Shown here piece by piece: positions 8,404 through 18,689 of a stretch of DNA of 64,000 nt (position 1 is its first letter; every line of letters starts with the position of its first letter). The DNA lies in the IMG/VR virus record IMGVR_UViG_3300036766_002289, positions 326,040 to 390,039 of that record. One strand, given 5' to 3'. Below the pieces are notes generated by a model. That model was not told where the DNA came from and did not search any database. It saw nothing but the letters and a program-made list of their open reading frames with translations. The position numbers and the translations under genes were made by a program.

Positions 8404-10599
8404 ATGGGACGATGTGATCCTGTAGCAGGCCCTGTAGATGTATTTACATTATGTTCAAGCATTCAAGACAGTTTTAACGACATATATTGTTGTTCTGGAA
8501 CTGAAAACAAATTCATAGGCTTTGACCCATTAGAGCCTGACATACTTTTCGTAGCCAATGGTACATGCTTGAATTTTAATTTTCCATTAAAAAACGATGA
8601 CGGTGCGCCAATGTTGAAGTCTGTTCTAAATGCAACAGCACAGTCACCGTGGGTAAGAATAGCATTTCAAGAATATTGTGCAGATGGAAGCCGTTCGGTA
8701 TCTGCAACCAACCAAAGCATTATAACTACAGGAAACATATCACAGTCTGGTGGCGGTGGAGCAGAAACTTGCAATGCCGCAATTAAATCGTTCCAATATG
8801 GCTGGGGGACCGTAGATGGGGGAAATAGATGCAGAGTAACAATTATTGACGAAAAAGGTGGGAGTTTTGAAACTTGGGCCAAAAGAATGGCGACTAACAC
8901 AGAAGCAGCATCTACCCCTGTTAGAGGCTCTTATAAGATGAAGGTACAGTTTGGCTGGTATATTACAGGTGGTGGACCTGATGACCAATGTGGCCAACCT
9001 GCTGCACAACCAGGAGTTGCACCTGACCCAGGCCAAAACACATCATTCAACGTTTGTAGTCCTACTATGTGGTTCCTCCCAGACGCAATTACTGTTAATT
9101 GGGAAAATGGTAAGTTCATATACACTCTTGAAGGTGTTGATTTGTTGGTTAGAGGGCAGGAACAATCAATCAACAAAGCAATCGGGCAAGATGGTGGAGA
9201 TGGTAATCCATTTAACAAAAAGATGTTCTTCACAGATGCTGTTCAGCTTTTAGGTTCTTATTCAATGCCCCCTTTCCGAGTAAGGTTTTTATCATACAAT
9301 TCTGACCGTAAATTAGTGAGCATGAAGTTCATTAAAAGAGAAAATAACGCAATGGACGATGAATGCAAAGGTCCGTTTTCTCTTTATCAAACCAAGGAAA
9401 TGAAGCCTTTAGACATTATAAGATTCTGGCTTAAGGGAGTTCCAGTATTGGCAGTAGATCAAACTGGTAATATATCAACTCCAGGTAAAGAAATAGGTGT
9501 AACTATAAATTATGATTCAATACAAGATATGACAAATAGACCACTTACTAGTTTTCCAGTTGATGATTGTGAGGCATTTGTTCAGCTTGGTAATGAAATA
9601 TGCGTTGATAACTTGCCAGACGTTGGGACATTAATACTGTGGGCAGCAAATGGTGTTCCACATTGTCAAACGAACTTATCCGAGGCTCAAATCAATGCCA
9701 GCATGAACGCTGTTTATATTGTTAATGGTGGTAATTGCTCACCTGTTTTAGCCTTTAATCCAGTAGTGAGATGGCATTTCCTATTAGGCTTGAAAGCTGG
9801 TGGATATGTATTGCCTACAAAAGGCACAAATAGCAAGACTGCCGAAGCTTTAAATGCTACTGGATGTGCTGTATCTGGTGGTAGGTCAATGGTTGAGCAA
9901 CCTAAAGCTAATCAACCAGCAATGGGGGAACAAAACGATGCTGCGGCAGCGACCCAGCGCGCGGCAATATTGCATACAGCAGGTAATTTGGGTATCACAG
10001 CTATTGAAGCGGAATTGAGAGTGCAGGGTGATCCTAGTCCTTGGTTATGTTCTCCAATATTCGGAATGGCTAGGTGCGTGGGTATCATTTTCATCAATCC
10101 ATTCTTTTTACAAGAAGACCCAGAAGGAGATTGTCCACAATTTATGCAGACGACTTCCAGTCTATGTAATAATTTCTTGACTAACAAGGCTTGGTGGATT
10201 AAAGGTGTGGAGCATCAGATTAAAGAAGGTAGTTATATTACTACTATAAAGTTATCACTGCCTGCTCCTGGTGCCGAATTAAAGTTTGGTGCTGGGCCTG
10301 GGTCTGCTGGACCAGCAACTGGTTTGGGCGGATGCGCTGGTGGTGCTAAAATGCAATTTGGTGGGTTGAACGCCAACACGATTGAATATCCATTAGGAAA
10401 TACGGCGGGTGAATGGCTTGTGGTAACTGGCGGTGCTGTAGATTCAGGTTGTCCGCCAGTATGTTTCATTGGTGGTGGTAGTGCATGTTCAAGTGGTGAT
10501 ATATGTGATTTTATCGGGCCTGATGGTAAAGGAAGATGTAATGATGGGAGTTTTTGTGACGGGACTCAGGTAGGCGTGCCATGTCCTGGTGGAGATTAA
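8404..10599 (+). CDS. Baseplate hub protein (gp27/late control D-like), Cys-rich
   Basis: Position between gp53-like and spike. C-terminal AELRVQGDP...WWIKGVEHQIKEGSYITTIKL is typical of hub proteins. Confidence 0.65.
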   Translation: MGRCDPVAGPVDVFTLCSSIQDSFNDIYCCSGTENKFIGFDPLEPDILFVANGTCLNFNFPLKNDDGAPMLKSVLNATAQSPWVRIAFQEYCADGSRSVSATNQSIITTGNISQSGGGGAETCNAAIKSFQYGWGTVDGGNRCRVTIIDEKGGSFETWAKRMATNTEAASTPVRGSYKMKVQFGWYITGGGPDDQCGQPAAQPGVAPDPGQNTSFNVCSPTMWFLPDAITVNWENGKFIYTLEGVDLLVRGQEQSINKAIGQDGGDGNPFNKKMFFTDAVQLLGSYSMPPFRVRFLSYNSDRKLVSMKFIKRENNAMDDECKGPFSLYQTKEMKPLDIIRFWLKGVPVLAVDQTGNISTPGKEIGVTINYDSIQDMTNRPLTSFPVDDCEAFVQLGNEICVDNLPDVGTLILWAANGVPHCQTNLSEAQINASMNAVYIVNGGNCSPVLAFNPVVRWHFLLGLKAGGYVLPTKGTNSKTAEALNATGCAVSGGRSMVEQPKANQPAMGEQNDAAAATQRAAILHTAGNLGITAIEAELRVQGDPSPWLCSPIFGMARCVGIIFINPFFLQEDPEGDCPQFMQTTSSLCNNFLTNKAWWIKGVEHQIKEGSYITTIKLSLPAPGAELKFGAGPGSAGPATGLGGCAGGAKMQFGGLNANTIEYPLGNTAGEWLVVTGGAVDSGCPPVCFIGGGSACSSGDICDFIGPDGKGRCNDGSFCDGTQVGVPCPGGD

Positions 10600-12830
10600 T
10601 GGCTAATAGAAGAGAAACTTTAGAAAAAATATGGAAAATGCTTAATCGCCATGAAAAGCGATTAAAAGAAATGAATTTTCAAGAACTGTTCAATAGACTT
10701 TTCAACAAAAAATTCAATCTAATCCAGCAAGCAAATACTTATTTGGGCGTGCATCTTGCCCTTTGCGTAGATACCCGCGATCCATTCAAACAAAATAGAG
10801 TCAAATATTTTAGTCCTGTAATTGATACGCCTCTTATAGGCAGTGGTTTAGGTGTAGCTAATGCCCCGACTGGTGCTAGTCAAGTAACTAAAATTTCACA
10901 GTTAGATTGGGCGTGGCCAATTTCTTCTATGGGTGGTTTTGATGACTGTGGCTTGAATTGGGTTCCACCAGCAGGCTCAATGCTAGCCATTATATTCCTT
11001 AATGGTGATCCTGGACAAGCCTTCTATATTGGTAGCACTTGGTATAGAGATAAAGGCCCAATTCAGCACGATAACTGGAACTATCAAATACCAGAATATT
11101 ATAAAGTATCTGAAGGTCATCGTGGCGGTTATATGGTCGGCAAGAACGACGAATCACAAGTTTTACCACCACAAAATACCAATAATTATCAAGGCTTTGA
11201 TGTAGAAGGCAATATAGACGTAGAAGTAAATCCTGATCCTACTACATTAACAACTTACCCACATCTTTACAGCATTAATACCCCAGAAAAACACCGTGTT
11301 ATAATGGATGACGGTGATCCTAAATGTAATCGTAGATGGAAAAGGTTCGAGATCATTTCTAGTATGGGAAATTTGTTCTTGATGAAGGATGACCCATATC
11401 ATCATTGTGGGGAGTGGCTCAACCCAAAATGTTTCATACCAGCAGTAGAAGTAGTTCCAGATATATGTCAGATATCAATTACAAATTATGTTCTTCTGGA
11501 CGCGAGGGGAAAACCTGTTGATGGTAAAATCTCTAACATAATTACTTTCTACCCAGATGGAAATCAATACCCATGTGCGCAAGGAGAACAGTATTGTTCC
11601 TTTATAACTGGCCCTAATGGGGATGAACCACCAAGTTTAACTACAGACCAAGCATATTTAGGACAGGAGTTCCTATGTCCTTCTAAAACACCATTTCCAA
11701 ACGTGGTGCTGCCGCAGATTCCAGAAGATTGTTTGAATGGTGTTATTAATGGCATGACTGATTTTTGTTTTATCTTTAATAATATGGGTAAGAACAAATA
11801 TCAGAAACATAGACAGGAATGTTTTCCATATTACTGCCAGGATTGCGGGTTATTGCAATCTGGCATTCAGATACGTTCACGTTCTGGTGCTACGTTAGTT
11901 ATGGATGACTCGGTTGAAGAACCAAGAGAAAGAACAGAATGGGAAAGAACGCTCAAAGAATTTGATATGGATGGTTGTACTGGTAATTTCAGAGGTAGGA
12001 CTTACTGGAAGTCAGCAACGGGTCATTATATTGAGATGTGTGACATAGAAATTCAGCCTTCACTTAGAAGTGAAAGAAACGGAATTAACATCGTAACTGC
12101 TTGTGGCAACAAGATTTGCATGAATGACCAAACATTGCCTGGTTGTATAGCGGGGCCAGCGAGGGGTATTCACATAAGGAGTACGGCGGACCACACGATT
12201 GATTTATGTGACAGTACGAATAAGCAATGTAGTGATGTTAGAAGGGGATGTGAAAAGGGTGGTCCTTATGCTAAGAAGGCATTTGTCAGGATTAGAAGTG
12301 GTTATGGACTAACGATGACTTTTGCGGATGCGGATGACCAGATTAAAACAGATCAGCAATACATTCAGATCATGTCGCCACAAAAGGACAATTTGATTAG
12401 AGGTCCGCATGTTTTGCATATGCAGGAGAAGGCTGATGGGCCAGGTCAGGTATTCTTAAGGGCTGGTGGTGATTACATAGTGTATTCTTATGACCAGTTT
12501 GTTGAGGTGGTTGGAGAAGAAAAAGATAATCCAGCAGATAAAATGGAGTTTATCTCTAGGAACAAATTAGTTAGTGTAAGAAATGTTTATTACAACAAAG
12601 CGGAGACTCATGTATTTTGGGCAGACGACTATATATTTCTACTAGCAGGCAGAGATATTGGTAAGGGGCCAGTAGGTCAGGGTGATCCTACAATATATCC
12701 TGTTTGTGTTGCTTATGAGCAAATCCCTGAGTATGTTTCACAGGTTACTGGAATTAAGGCTAGTGAGCATGTATTTGCTTCTGCTTTGCCAGAACCTGAA
12801 GGCTGTGAAGGGGTTGCGAGCGATTTATAA
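10599..12830 (+). CDS. gp5: Central spike, gp5/VgrG-like (OB fold), no lysozyme domain seen
   Basis: ALCVDTRDPFKQNRVK...WAWP...GLNWVPPAGS...IFLNGDPGQAFYIG. SD GGAG before ATG 10599. Confidence 0.8.
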   Translation: MANRRETLEKIWKMLNRHEKRLKEMNFQELFNRLFNKKFNLIQQANTYLGVHLALCVDTRDPFKQNRVKYFSPVIDTPLIGSGLGVANAPTGASQVTKISQLDWAWPISSMGGFDDCGLNWVPPAGSMLAIIFLNGDPGQAFYIGSTWYRDKGPIQHDNWNYQIPEYYKVSEGHRGGYMVGKNDESQVLPPQNTNNYQGFDVEGNIDVEVNPDPTTLTTYPHLYSINTPEKHRVIMDDGDPKCNRRWKRFEIISSMGNLFLMKDDPYHHCGEWLNPKCFIPAVEVVPDICQISITNYVLLDARGKPVDGKISNIITFYPDGNQYPCAQGEQYCSFITGPNGDEPPSLTTDQAYLGQEFLCPSKTPFPNVVLPQIPEDCLNGVINGMTDFCFIFNNMGKNKYQKHRQECFPYYCQDCGLLQSGIQIRSRSGATLVMDDSVEEPRERTEWERTLKEFDMDGCTGNFRGRTYWKSATGHYIEMCDIEIQPSLRSERNGINIVTACGNKICMNDQTLPGCIAGPARGIHIRSTADHTIDLCDSTNKQCSDVRRGCEKGGPYAKKAFVRIRSGYGLTMTFADADDQIKTDQQYIQIMSPQKDNLIRGPHVLHMQEKADGPGQVFLRAGGDYIVYSYDQFVEVVGEEKDNPADKMEFISRNKLVSVRNVYYNKAETHVFWADDYIFLLAGRDIGKGPVGQGDPTIYPVCVAYEQIPEYVSQVTGIKASEHVFASALPEPEGCEGVASDL

Positions 12831-12838
12831 GGAAGGCT

Positions 12839-13252
12839 ATGCCGAAATACAGAGGAATAGTATACCCGCTAAGCAAGCATCATCAAGGGTTCTTGCATAA
12901 CGCTGACACGGATTTAGAGCAATTAAAATCCAATATGGCGACTATTATCTTGACAGAGCCTGGAGAACGGGTTTGCGAGCCTTATTACGGCACAATGATA
13001 CTTGGAGTCAACTTAAACAACCCTGAGCAAGTGGTGAAAGATACTTTTAGGCAGAATGTTGCAAAGGCTTTAAAAAGGTGGGAGAAAAGAATACAGGTTA
13101 ATGACGTTCAAATTAACCTCAACGTATACGAAGGTAATCTAATATTAATGATAAGTGTGTTCTTTATAGACCCTTTTAATTTAAAAAACAAAGAAGAATT
13201 GCACGTTCAAAAATCTCTTGGAGGAATTGATGGCAGACCTATGCCCTTTTGA
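12839..13252 (+). CDS. gp25: Baseplate wedge gp25-like
   Basis: LKSNMATIILTEPGERVCEPYYGT...ALKRWEKRIQV. Confidence 0.9.
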   Translation: MPKYRGIVYPLSKHHQGFLHNADTDLEQLKSNMATIILTEPGERVCEPYYGTMILGVNLNNPEQVVKDTFRQNVAKALKRWEKRIQVNDVQINLNVYEGNLILMISVFFIDPFNLKNKEELHVQKSLGGIDGRPMPF

Positions 13253-14807
13253 TGTAACACCTTTGGCAACTGCCAAAGTTATTAATAATACTCCTGTTTA
13301 TAATCTAAACTACACGAGTCAAGATTATAGCTCGATGAAGACAAGGTTATTAGAACTCATACATGCTAATTTCAATGATGAGTTCAATGATTTCACCGAA
13401 TCTAGTTTAGCGATGATGTTAATTGAATGCTGGGCTTGGTTAGCTGACCTGTTGTCGTTCAAGATCGACCAAATTGCTAATGAGTTATTCATTGATACTG
13501 TAACGGAGCCAGAGAATGCGTTCAGAATATCTAAATTAGTGGGTTTCAAACCTCAACCACCATTACCATCGAGAGCAATGTTTATAGCCTCTAAGAATAG
13601 CCCACATTCCTTAGACGTGTCAATGAAAACACCTGTTGTGGTACAACTAGAAACAGGGGTGAGTGAGATCAGGTATGAATTGTTTGCGGCGGACGTTAAT
13701 AACAATCCTATTTTTGGCCAGGATATAGTGATACCTGCTGGTAGTACCTTCAACAAGTCAGTAATAGGTTTAGAAGGTTCAAGTCATTCTGCAAATTACA
13801 AGAGTACTGGTAAGGCTAACCAAACTTATACATTGCCTTATCCTTCAGTATTTTATAACTCTATTCAAGTTAGGTCTGATGATTTGGTATGGGAGCAGGT
13901 AGAAAATTTCACGGAAGCAAAGGTTAGACCAGAATACATTGTTGAATACGATGCGGATTACAGGGCAAAAATTACTTTTGGCAATGGTAAGGCAGGACTG
14001 ATTCCACCCCAAAACTCAGAGATTAAGATTCTATTTAGAATAGCTAACAGAAATACAACTGAAATTATAACTGGAGCCTTTGAAAACAAAGTTCACGTTT
14101 CAGTGCCTGGTATACCACATGGAATTACAGTGGACTTTAAGAACTTCACGAAGAGTGATTATGGCTATCCAGGTGACTCTATCAATGAGATTAGGAAAAA
14201 ACTACCAAGTTTCCTAAGAACCCAAGATAGGGCTGTTACTGGTGCAGATTATAAATATCTAGCAAATAGATTTATGTCAGCACACAATGGTTCTATAGGA
14301 AAAGCTACAGCCGCGTTAAGAAATCATGGATGTGCTGGTAATATAATTGATATAATCGTTTTAGCTCAAACTGGAAATTGGAAATTAGTCAAGGCAAACG
14401 ATAATTTAAAGAGTGAATTATTAGAAGATTTAAATGGCAAGAAAATATTCACTGATTACCTTTGCATTAAAGATGGAGAAATAATCTTAACGGATATTCA
14501 TGTAGATATTGTGCTAGACAAAATCAATAAAAAGAATGAAGAAGCGGTTAAAAGAAAGATTGTAGAAATTTTAGATTGGTTTTTTGATCTACCAAATTGG
14601 GAATTTGGTCAATCGTTAAAAGAGTCAGATATAGTGAAAACGTTGGCTAGAGTTTCAGAAGTTAGAAGTTTTGAAATTGCTTTCGTGACTGCTAAAAATG
14701 TAAATACGGGGTCTACGGAGAATGTTTTAACTCCTAATTACAATGAGATCATAAGACCAGATAATATAATAATAAACTTTGTTTACAAATCTGCTGGGGA
14801 GTTATAA
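13230..14807 (+). CDS. gp6: Baseplate wedge gp6/baseplate J-like
   Basis: YTSQDYSS...FNDFTESS...DQIANE, ITFGNG, QDRAVTGADY. SD GGAGG before ATG 13230. Confidence 0.9.
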   Translation: MADLCPFDVTPLATAKVINNTPVYNLNYTSQDYSSMKTRLLELIHANFNDEFNDFTESSLAMMLIECWAWLADLLSFKIDQIANELFIDTVTEPENAFRISKLVGFKPQPPLPSRAMFIASKNSPHSLDVSMKTPVVVQLETGVSEIRYELFAADVNNNPIFGQDIVIPAGSTFNKSVIGLEGSSHSANYKSTGKANQTYTLPYPSVFYNSIQVRSDDLVWEQVENFTEAKVRPEYIVEYDADYRAKITFGNGKAGLIPPQNSEIKILFRIANRNTTEIITGAFENKVHVSVPGIPHGITVDFKNFTKSDYGYPGDSINEIRKKLPSFLRTQDRAVTGADYKYLANRFMSAHNGSIGKATAALRNHGCAGNIIDIIVLAQTGNWKLVKANDNLKSELLEDLNGKKIFTDYLCIKDGEIILTDIHVDIVLDKINKKNEEAVKRKIVEILDWFFDLPNWEFGQSLKESDIVKTLARVSEVRSFEIAFVTAKNVNTGSTENVLTPNYNEIIRPDNIIINFVYKSAGEL

Positions 14808-16637
14808 ATGGGCCGCAAGAAGTATACAGACAATCCTTCTGTCAACGATATTATTGTTTTCGACCTTAACACAGAAAACGATGACGGTCTGATTGCCGAC
14901 CCATTTTCCGTAGAAAAGATAACTATATTCTACCTAGAAAGAGGTTCGGGAAAAAATAACTTAAAATTAGAAAAAAAATTCAATAACCCAAGTTTACAAG
15001 AGCGGTATGATAGGCACAGAGAGATAGCTACAAGTGATCCTTCCCTAGATAACATCAAAATATTAAAGGACTTAAAAAACAGTCTAGACGCGACTGCTTT
15101 CACCACTCACATTTATTATAAAGAAGCTCAATTTGCCATGTCTACGCCAAGTCCCATATGGACAGCAGATGGTAAAGTAAGAAAGCTAGTTAATTTCGTT
15201 AATGAAAAAAAGCAAGTTTTGCCAGGAAGATTTTATTTTGCATGGCAACCGAAAGGTATGAGAGAAGGAACCTACATTATTAGATGGGAGTGGAAACTCG
15301 AAGAAAGTGGTACTATAAGAGCCGCAGAAAAAACTTTCACTATAAGTGCAGACCCCGAAGAGATTAAAAGCAACAACCTTAATCTAGCCCCAGAGGAGAA
15401 GTATGATTTTCTTTTGAGAAAGTACATGCCAACGATGTATCAAGTAAAGACTAAGCCCAATGATTTAACACCATATGTTTTAGAAAAACTAAATAAGTCT
15501 GTAGGTAAAGGATTTCAAGAAATAGAGAACATAGCAATCCAGCTTTCTACTTTACTCGACCCAGATACAATCAAAACTGATTTTCTACCTTTGCTTGCGA
15601 ACACTTTTGGTTTGACTTTAAGATCAGAGGACTCTGACGCATGGCGAAATCAAATAAGATATGCCCTCAATTTGTATAAAAAGAAAGGCACTTATGAAGG
15701 TTTAAGACAAGCCTTGGATAAGGCTAAGATTACTCTATTAAAACTAACTAATCTCTGGCAGGTTGTCTCCCGCAACATGTGGACAGATGGATTTTTGATT
15801 GACAGGGACATAAATCTTGAGACATTGATATTGGGTTATTTAACCAAAAAGCCAATTAATGATTTAGAAATAGAAATTCGTTCATCGGAAGATTTAAATT
15901 ATATAAAACTACCAAAAGAGATCATTAGTTTGCAGGAAGTGCAAGCCCCAGAAACGAAGACTGCTATTATCTGGCAAGGCGGCAATATTACGCCACAGAT
16001 ACCTTTACTAAAAGGGGATGTTATCAAGATAAGGTATGCATACAAAGATATACCAGATAGCGATTTAGCTATAGAAAAATATATAGACTCTTTGCCATTA
16101 GCGGATCAACGGGATGAAGCAGAGATAAAATACCCGCTCAAGAACTGGAACATAAAACTAATAGAAGAGGATGATCCTTTATTTAGTTTACTCATTACAG
16201 ATAGAAATCCTTTTCAGAGTCCAGTTGTGTTCGGCAAAATCAGGACAACATTCCTTTACAGTGAAAAGGTGTTCAACATGGATACCTACAATGGTAGTTT
16301 ATTCAACTCGAACAATCCATGTGATTTAGATAAAGATTTTATTGATACTTGTCATGGTGGTAGAAGCAGTAAGTTTAACGTTCATTTGGAATTTGATAAT
16401 GTTACTAATGATAAAATAAAAGAAGCTAAAGAAATAATCATAGATTATTCACCATTTCATGCTATGTTACATAACATAATCATAAGCAGTAAGACAACGG
16501 ACTATATCTTGCCCCCTATCGAGTCAATCAATAGCAGCATAAAAGAAAATAATAACAAGGACAAGGTTGGTGTAGGCGAGAATATAAACTGCAAAATCAA
16601 GTATAAAGACGGGAAAACAATAGAAGGGAGATTATGA
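14808..16637 (+). CDS. Baseplate protein gp7/P2-I-like
   Basis: FLPLLANTFG...WRNQIRYALNLYKKKGT-EGLRQAL tail protein I motif. Confidence 0.75.
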   Translation: MGRKKYTDNPSVNDIIVFDLNTENDDGLIADPFSVEKITIFYLERGSGKNNLKLEKKFNNPSLQERYDRHREIATSDPSLDNIKILKDLKNSLDATAFTTHIYYKEAQFAMSTPSPIWTADGKVRKLVNFVNEKKQVLPGRFYFAWQPKGMREGTYIIRWEWKLEESGTIRAAEKTFTISADPEEIKSNNLNLAPEEKYDFLLRKYMPTMYQVKTKPNDLTPYVLEKLNKSVGKGFQEIENIAIQLSTLLDPDTIKTDFLPLLANTFGLTLRSEDSDAWRNQIRYALNLYKKKGTYEGLRQALDKAKITLLKLTNLWQVVSRNMWTDGFLIDRDINLETLILGYLTKKPINDLEIEIRSSEDLNYIKLPKEIISLQEVQAPETKTAIIWQGGNITPQIPLLKGDVIKIRYAYKDIPDSDLAIEKYIDSLPLADQRDEAEIKYPLKNWNIKLIEEDDPLFSLLITDRNPFQSPVVFGKIRTTFLYSEKVFNMDTYNGSLFNSNNPCDLDKDFIDTCHGGRSSKFNVHLEFDNVTNDKIKEAKEIIIDYSPFHAMLHNIIISSKTTDYILPPIESINSSIKENNNKDKVGVGENINCKIKYKDGKTIEGRL

Positions 16638-17098
16638 TAGACCATATAGTGCCAAAAGGCTATATCCAAGCTAGGATAAAACATAAAAATAAGGGTATTG
16701 AAACTCTAACATTTAAAAACCAAGTATTAAATACAGGAAAGATTTTCCTAGCGAAATGCTTACTTGAAGAATATAAAGATACAGTTCATATAGCAAATAT
16801 GTTGTTTGGTGATGGCGGAACGCAGAATGGCACACCAAAGGAAGTCTCCCCGAGTGCCCAGAATTTAAATGGTGTCACTAGAATCAAAAAACCAGTAGTA
16901 GCACAAATTAATCCTGATTCCCCGATGGAAGCTATTTTCGTGGTAATCATCAGTGAAGATGAAGGTAATGATTTCATCACTAACGAGATGGGTCTTGAGC
17001 TTAGTGATGGAAGTCTCTTTAGCTTATCAACTTTCGCAGATTTGAATAAGACAGACCAAATGGAAATTACCTGGAGTTGGAATATTAGTTTCCTTTAA
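16634..17098 (+). CDS. Baseplate/fibre attachment protein (putative)
   Basis: NQVLNTGK...EMGL...LFS...K...ITWSWNISF beta-sandwich pattern, placed after gp7-like. Confidence 0.5.
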   Translation: MIDHIVPKGYIQARIKHKNKGIETLTFKNQVLNTGKIFLAKCLLEEYKDTVHIANMLFGDGGTQNGTPKEVSPSAQNLNGVTRIKKPVVAQINPDSPMEAIFVVIISEDEGNDFITNEMGLELSDGSLFSLSTFADLNKTDQMEITWSWNISFL

Positions 17099-17105
17099 AA
17101 TGTCA

Positions 17106-17134
17106 TTGTCTTCCAAGCGATATGCATATATAAT
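17106..17134 (+). promoter_or_regulatory. Sigma70-type promoter of LAGLIDADG gene
   Basis: TTGTCT-17 nt-TATAAT, ATG 6 nt downstream. Confidence 0.65.
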
Positions 17135-17140
17135 TATGTT

Positions 17141-18184
17141 ATGAAAAAACATATAGCATTCCCACCGTTGACGCCTATTCAATTAGAAGTAATAAATGGA
17201 GCATTACTTGGGGATGGTTCATTGCACCATATTAAAAACACTAATGCAAATTGGAAATTTGTAACAAGTCAGAGTGCGTATGACAATAAAGGAATTGATA
17301 AATCAACTTATATGCAATATATCTTCGATGCATTGCAGCCATATAGCAGTAAATTAGCAAAATATGATAACAACAACACGATTTTAAACATAAATGGCAG
17401 GATGATAAATTTACATAAGGAAGATGACAAAAAATATCATTCGCTTACAACTCATTGTCATCCTGTCTGGACAAATATGGCAAAAGATTGGTACTTATGG
17501 AAAAATGGAAATCTAGTTTTAAAAGATAATAAAATAATTAAAATAGTTCCAGAAGAATTAAAATTGACGCCTCTTACATTGTGTATTTGGTTCATGGACG
17601 ATGGATCATTGGATAGCAAAAGAGGAAATGCTACTATACACACTGAAGGTTTTACTGTGAACGAATGCAATTTATTAATAGAAAAGTTAAAAGATGTTGG
17701 CATATTTGCCAAATTAAAATTCAAAAAAACATATCCTATAATTTTTATTGGGATTAAATCATATTACAAGTTATTGAGTTTAATTACGCCCCATGTGCAT
17801 TGGTCATGCTTCCAATATAAAATAGACAAATCATACTCTAAAAAACATCAACAAGGCGAACATCATTCACAAAGCAAACTGACGGAAATAAAAGTTAAAA
17901 AAATCATTGCATTATACAACGAAGGAATATATCAAAAAGATATTGCAAAACAATTCAATATATCACAAGCTACTATTTCGGAAATAGTAACTGGTAAAAA
18001 TTGGAGTCATTTAAATTTGGGTACTCCTGGAAGAAGGTTTTCTAAACTTTCTATGGACCAAAACCAATTAATCATAAAGGAAGTTAGAACAGGTGCAAAA
18101 CAAAAAGATATTGCTCAAAAATTCAATATAGATCAGTCAACTGTTTCTAAAATACTCAAAAATGTACAAATTATATCAATATAA
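17141..18184 (+). CDS. Free-standing LAGLIDADG homing endonuclease with C-terminal duplicated HTH
   Basis: GALLGDGSL and WFMDDGS motifs, two QKDIA.F(N).Q.T.S.I HTH repeats. Confidence 0.9.
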   Translation: MKKHIAFPPLTPIQLEVINGALLGDGSLHHIKNTNANWKFVTSQSAYDNKGIDKSTYMQYIFDALQPYSSKLAKYDNNNTILNINGRMINLHKEDDKKYHSLTTHCHPVWTNMAKDWYLWKNGNLVLKDNKIIKIVPEELKLTPLTLCIWFMDDGSLDSKRGNATIHTEGFTVNECNLLIEKLKDVGIFAKLKFKKTYPIIFIGIKSYYKLLSLITPHVHWSCFQYKIDKSYSKKHQQGEHHSQSKLTEIKVKKIIALYNEGIYQKDIAKQFNISQATISEIVTGKNWSHLNLGTPGRRFSKLSMDQNQLIIKEVRTGAKQKDIAQKFNIDQSTVSKILKNVQIISI

Positions 18185-18689
18185 GTCCATAAAATTTGGA
18201 TTTATAATTTTGTGTCCAAATTGTAATTTTGGACACCTTAAGAACACATTAAATTCTATAAACGCTTTTTATCCCAATAGTAAAATAACAATAGTAGTCC
18301 CTGATAACTGTAAAACAGATGAATGTCCTAAAGCCGTAAAAGGCGGTACTACTTTGGCATCTATGATAAACAGAGGTTTAAAGGAAAGTGTCGAATGGAG
18401 TTTTGTTGCTTGCACAGAAGGTTGGATTAAAAATCGCATTGATATCAAATATTCTTATTTCATAGAATCTAAAAAAGACATTCTTTTCCCGATTTTGAAA
18501 ACAAAGAGTTTAAATTATAGTTTCACAAATCAAGATATCAATGGACTACTTATGCATAAAGATGCATATACGGATATAGGGGATTTCCCCAATTTCGAGT
18601 CTGTTGAGAGTAGTAAGCTCATATGGACCACGAAAGCCTTAGAGAAAGGCTACAAATTTAAAGGTGTGGTTGGCGGGAGATTATTTTAG
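18162..18689 (+). CDS. Degenerate GT2-like glycosyltransferase fold (putative)
   Basis: IILCPN...LKNTLNSI...ITIVV...ASMINRGL GT-A-like N-terminus, no clear DxD. Confidence 0.35.
   Translation: MYKLYQYKSIKFGFIILCPNCNFGHLKNTLNSINAFYPNSKITIVVPDNCKTDECPKAVKGGTTLASMINRGLKESVEWSFVACTEGWIKNRIDIKYSYFIESKKDILFPILKTKSLNYSFTNQDINGLLMHKDAYTDIGDFPNFESVESSKLIWTTKALEKGYKFKGVVGGRLF

Noticed and set aside
4259-17098. Extracellular contractile injection system or tailocin
   Set aside because: Gene order is similar, but terminase, portal, protease and capsid genes in the same contig indicate a phage
17141-18184. Group I intron around the LAGLIDADG gene
   Set aside because: Flanking genes look complete, there is almost no non-coding flank for a ribozyme core, and the gene has its own promoter
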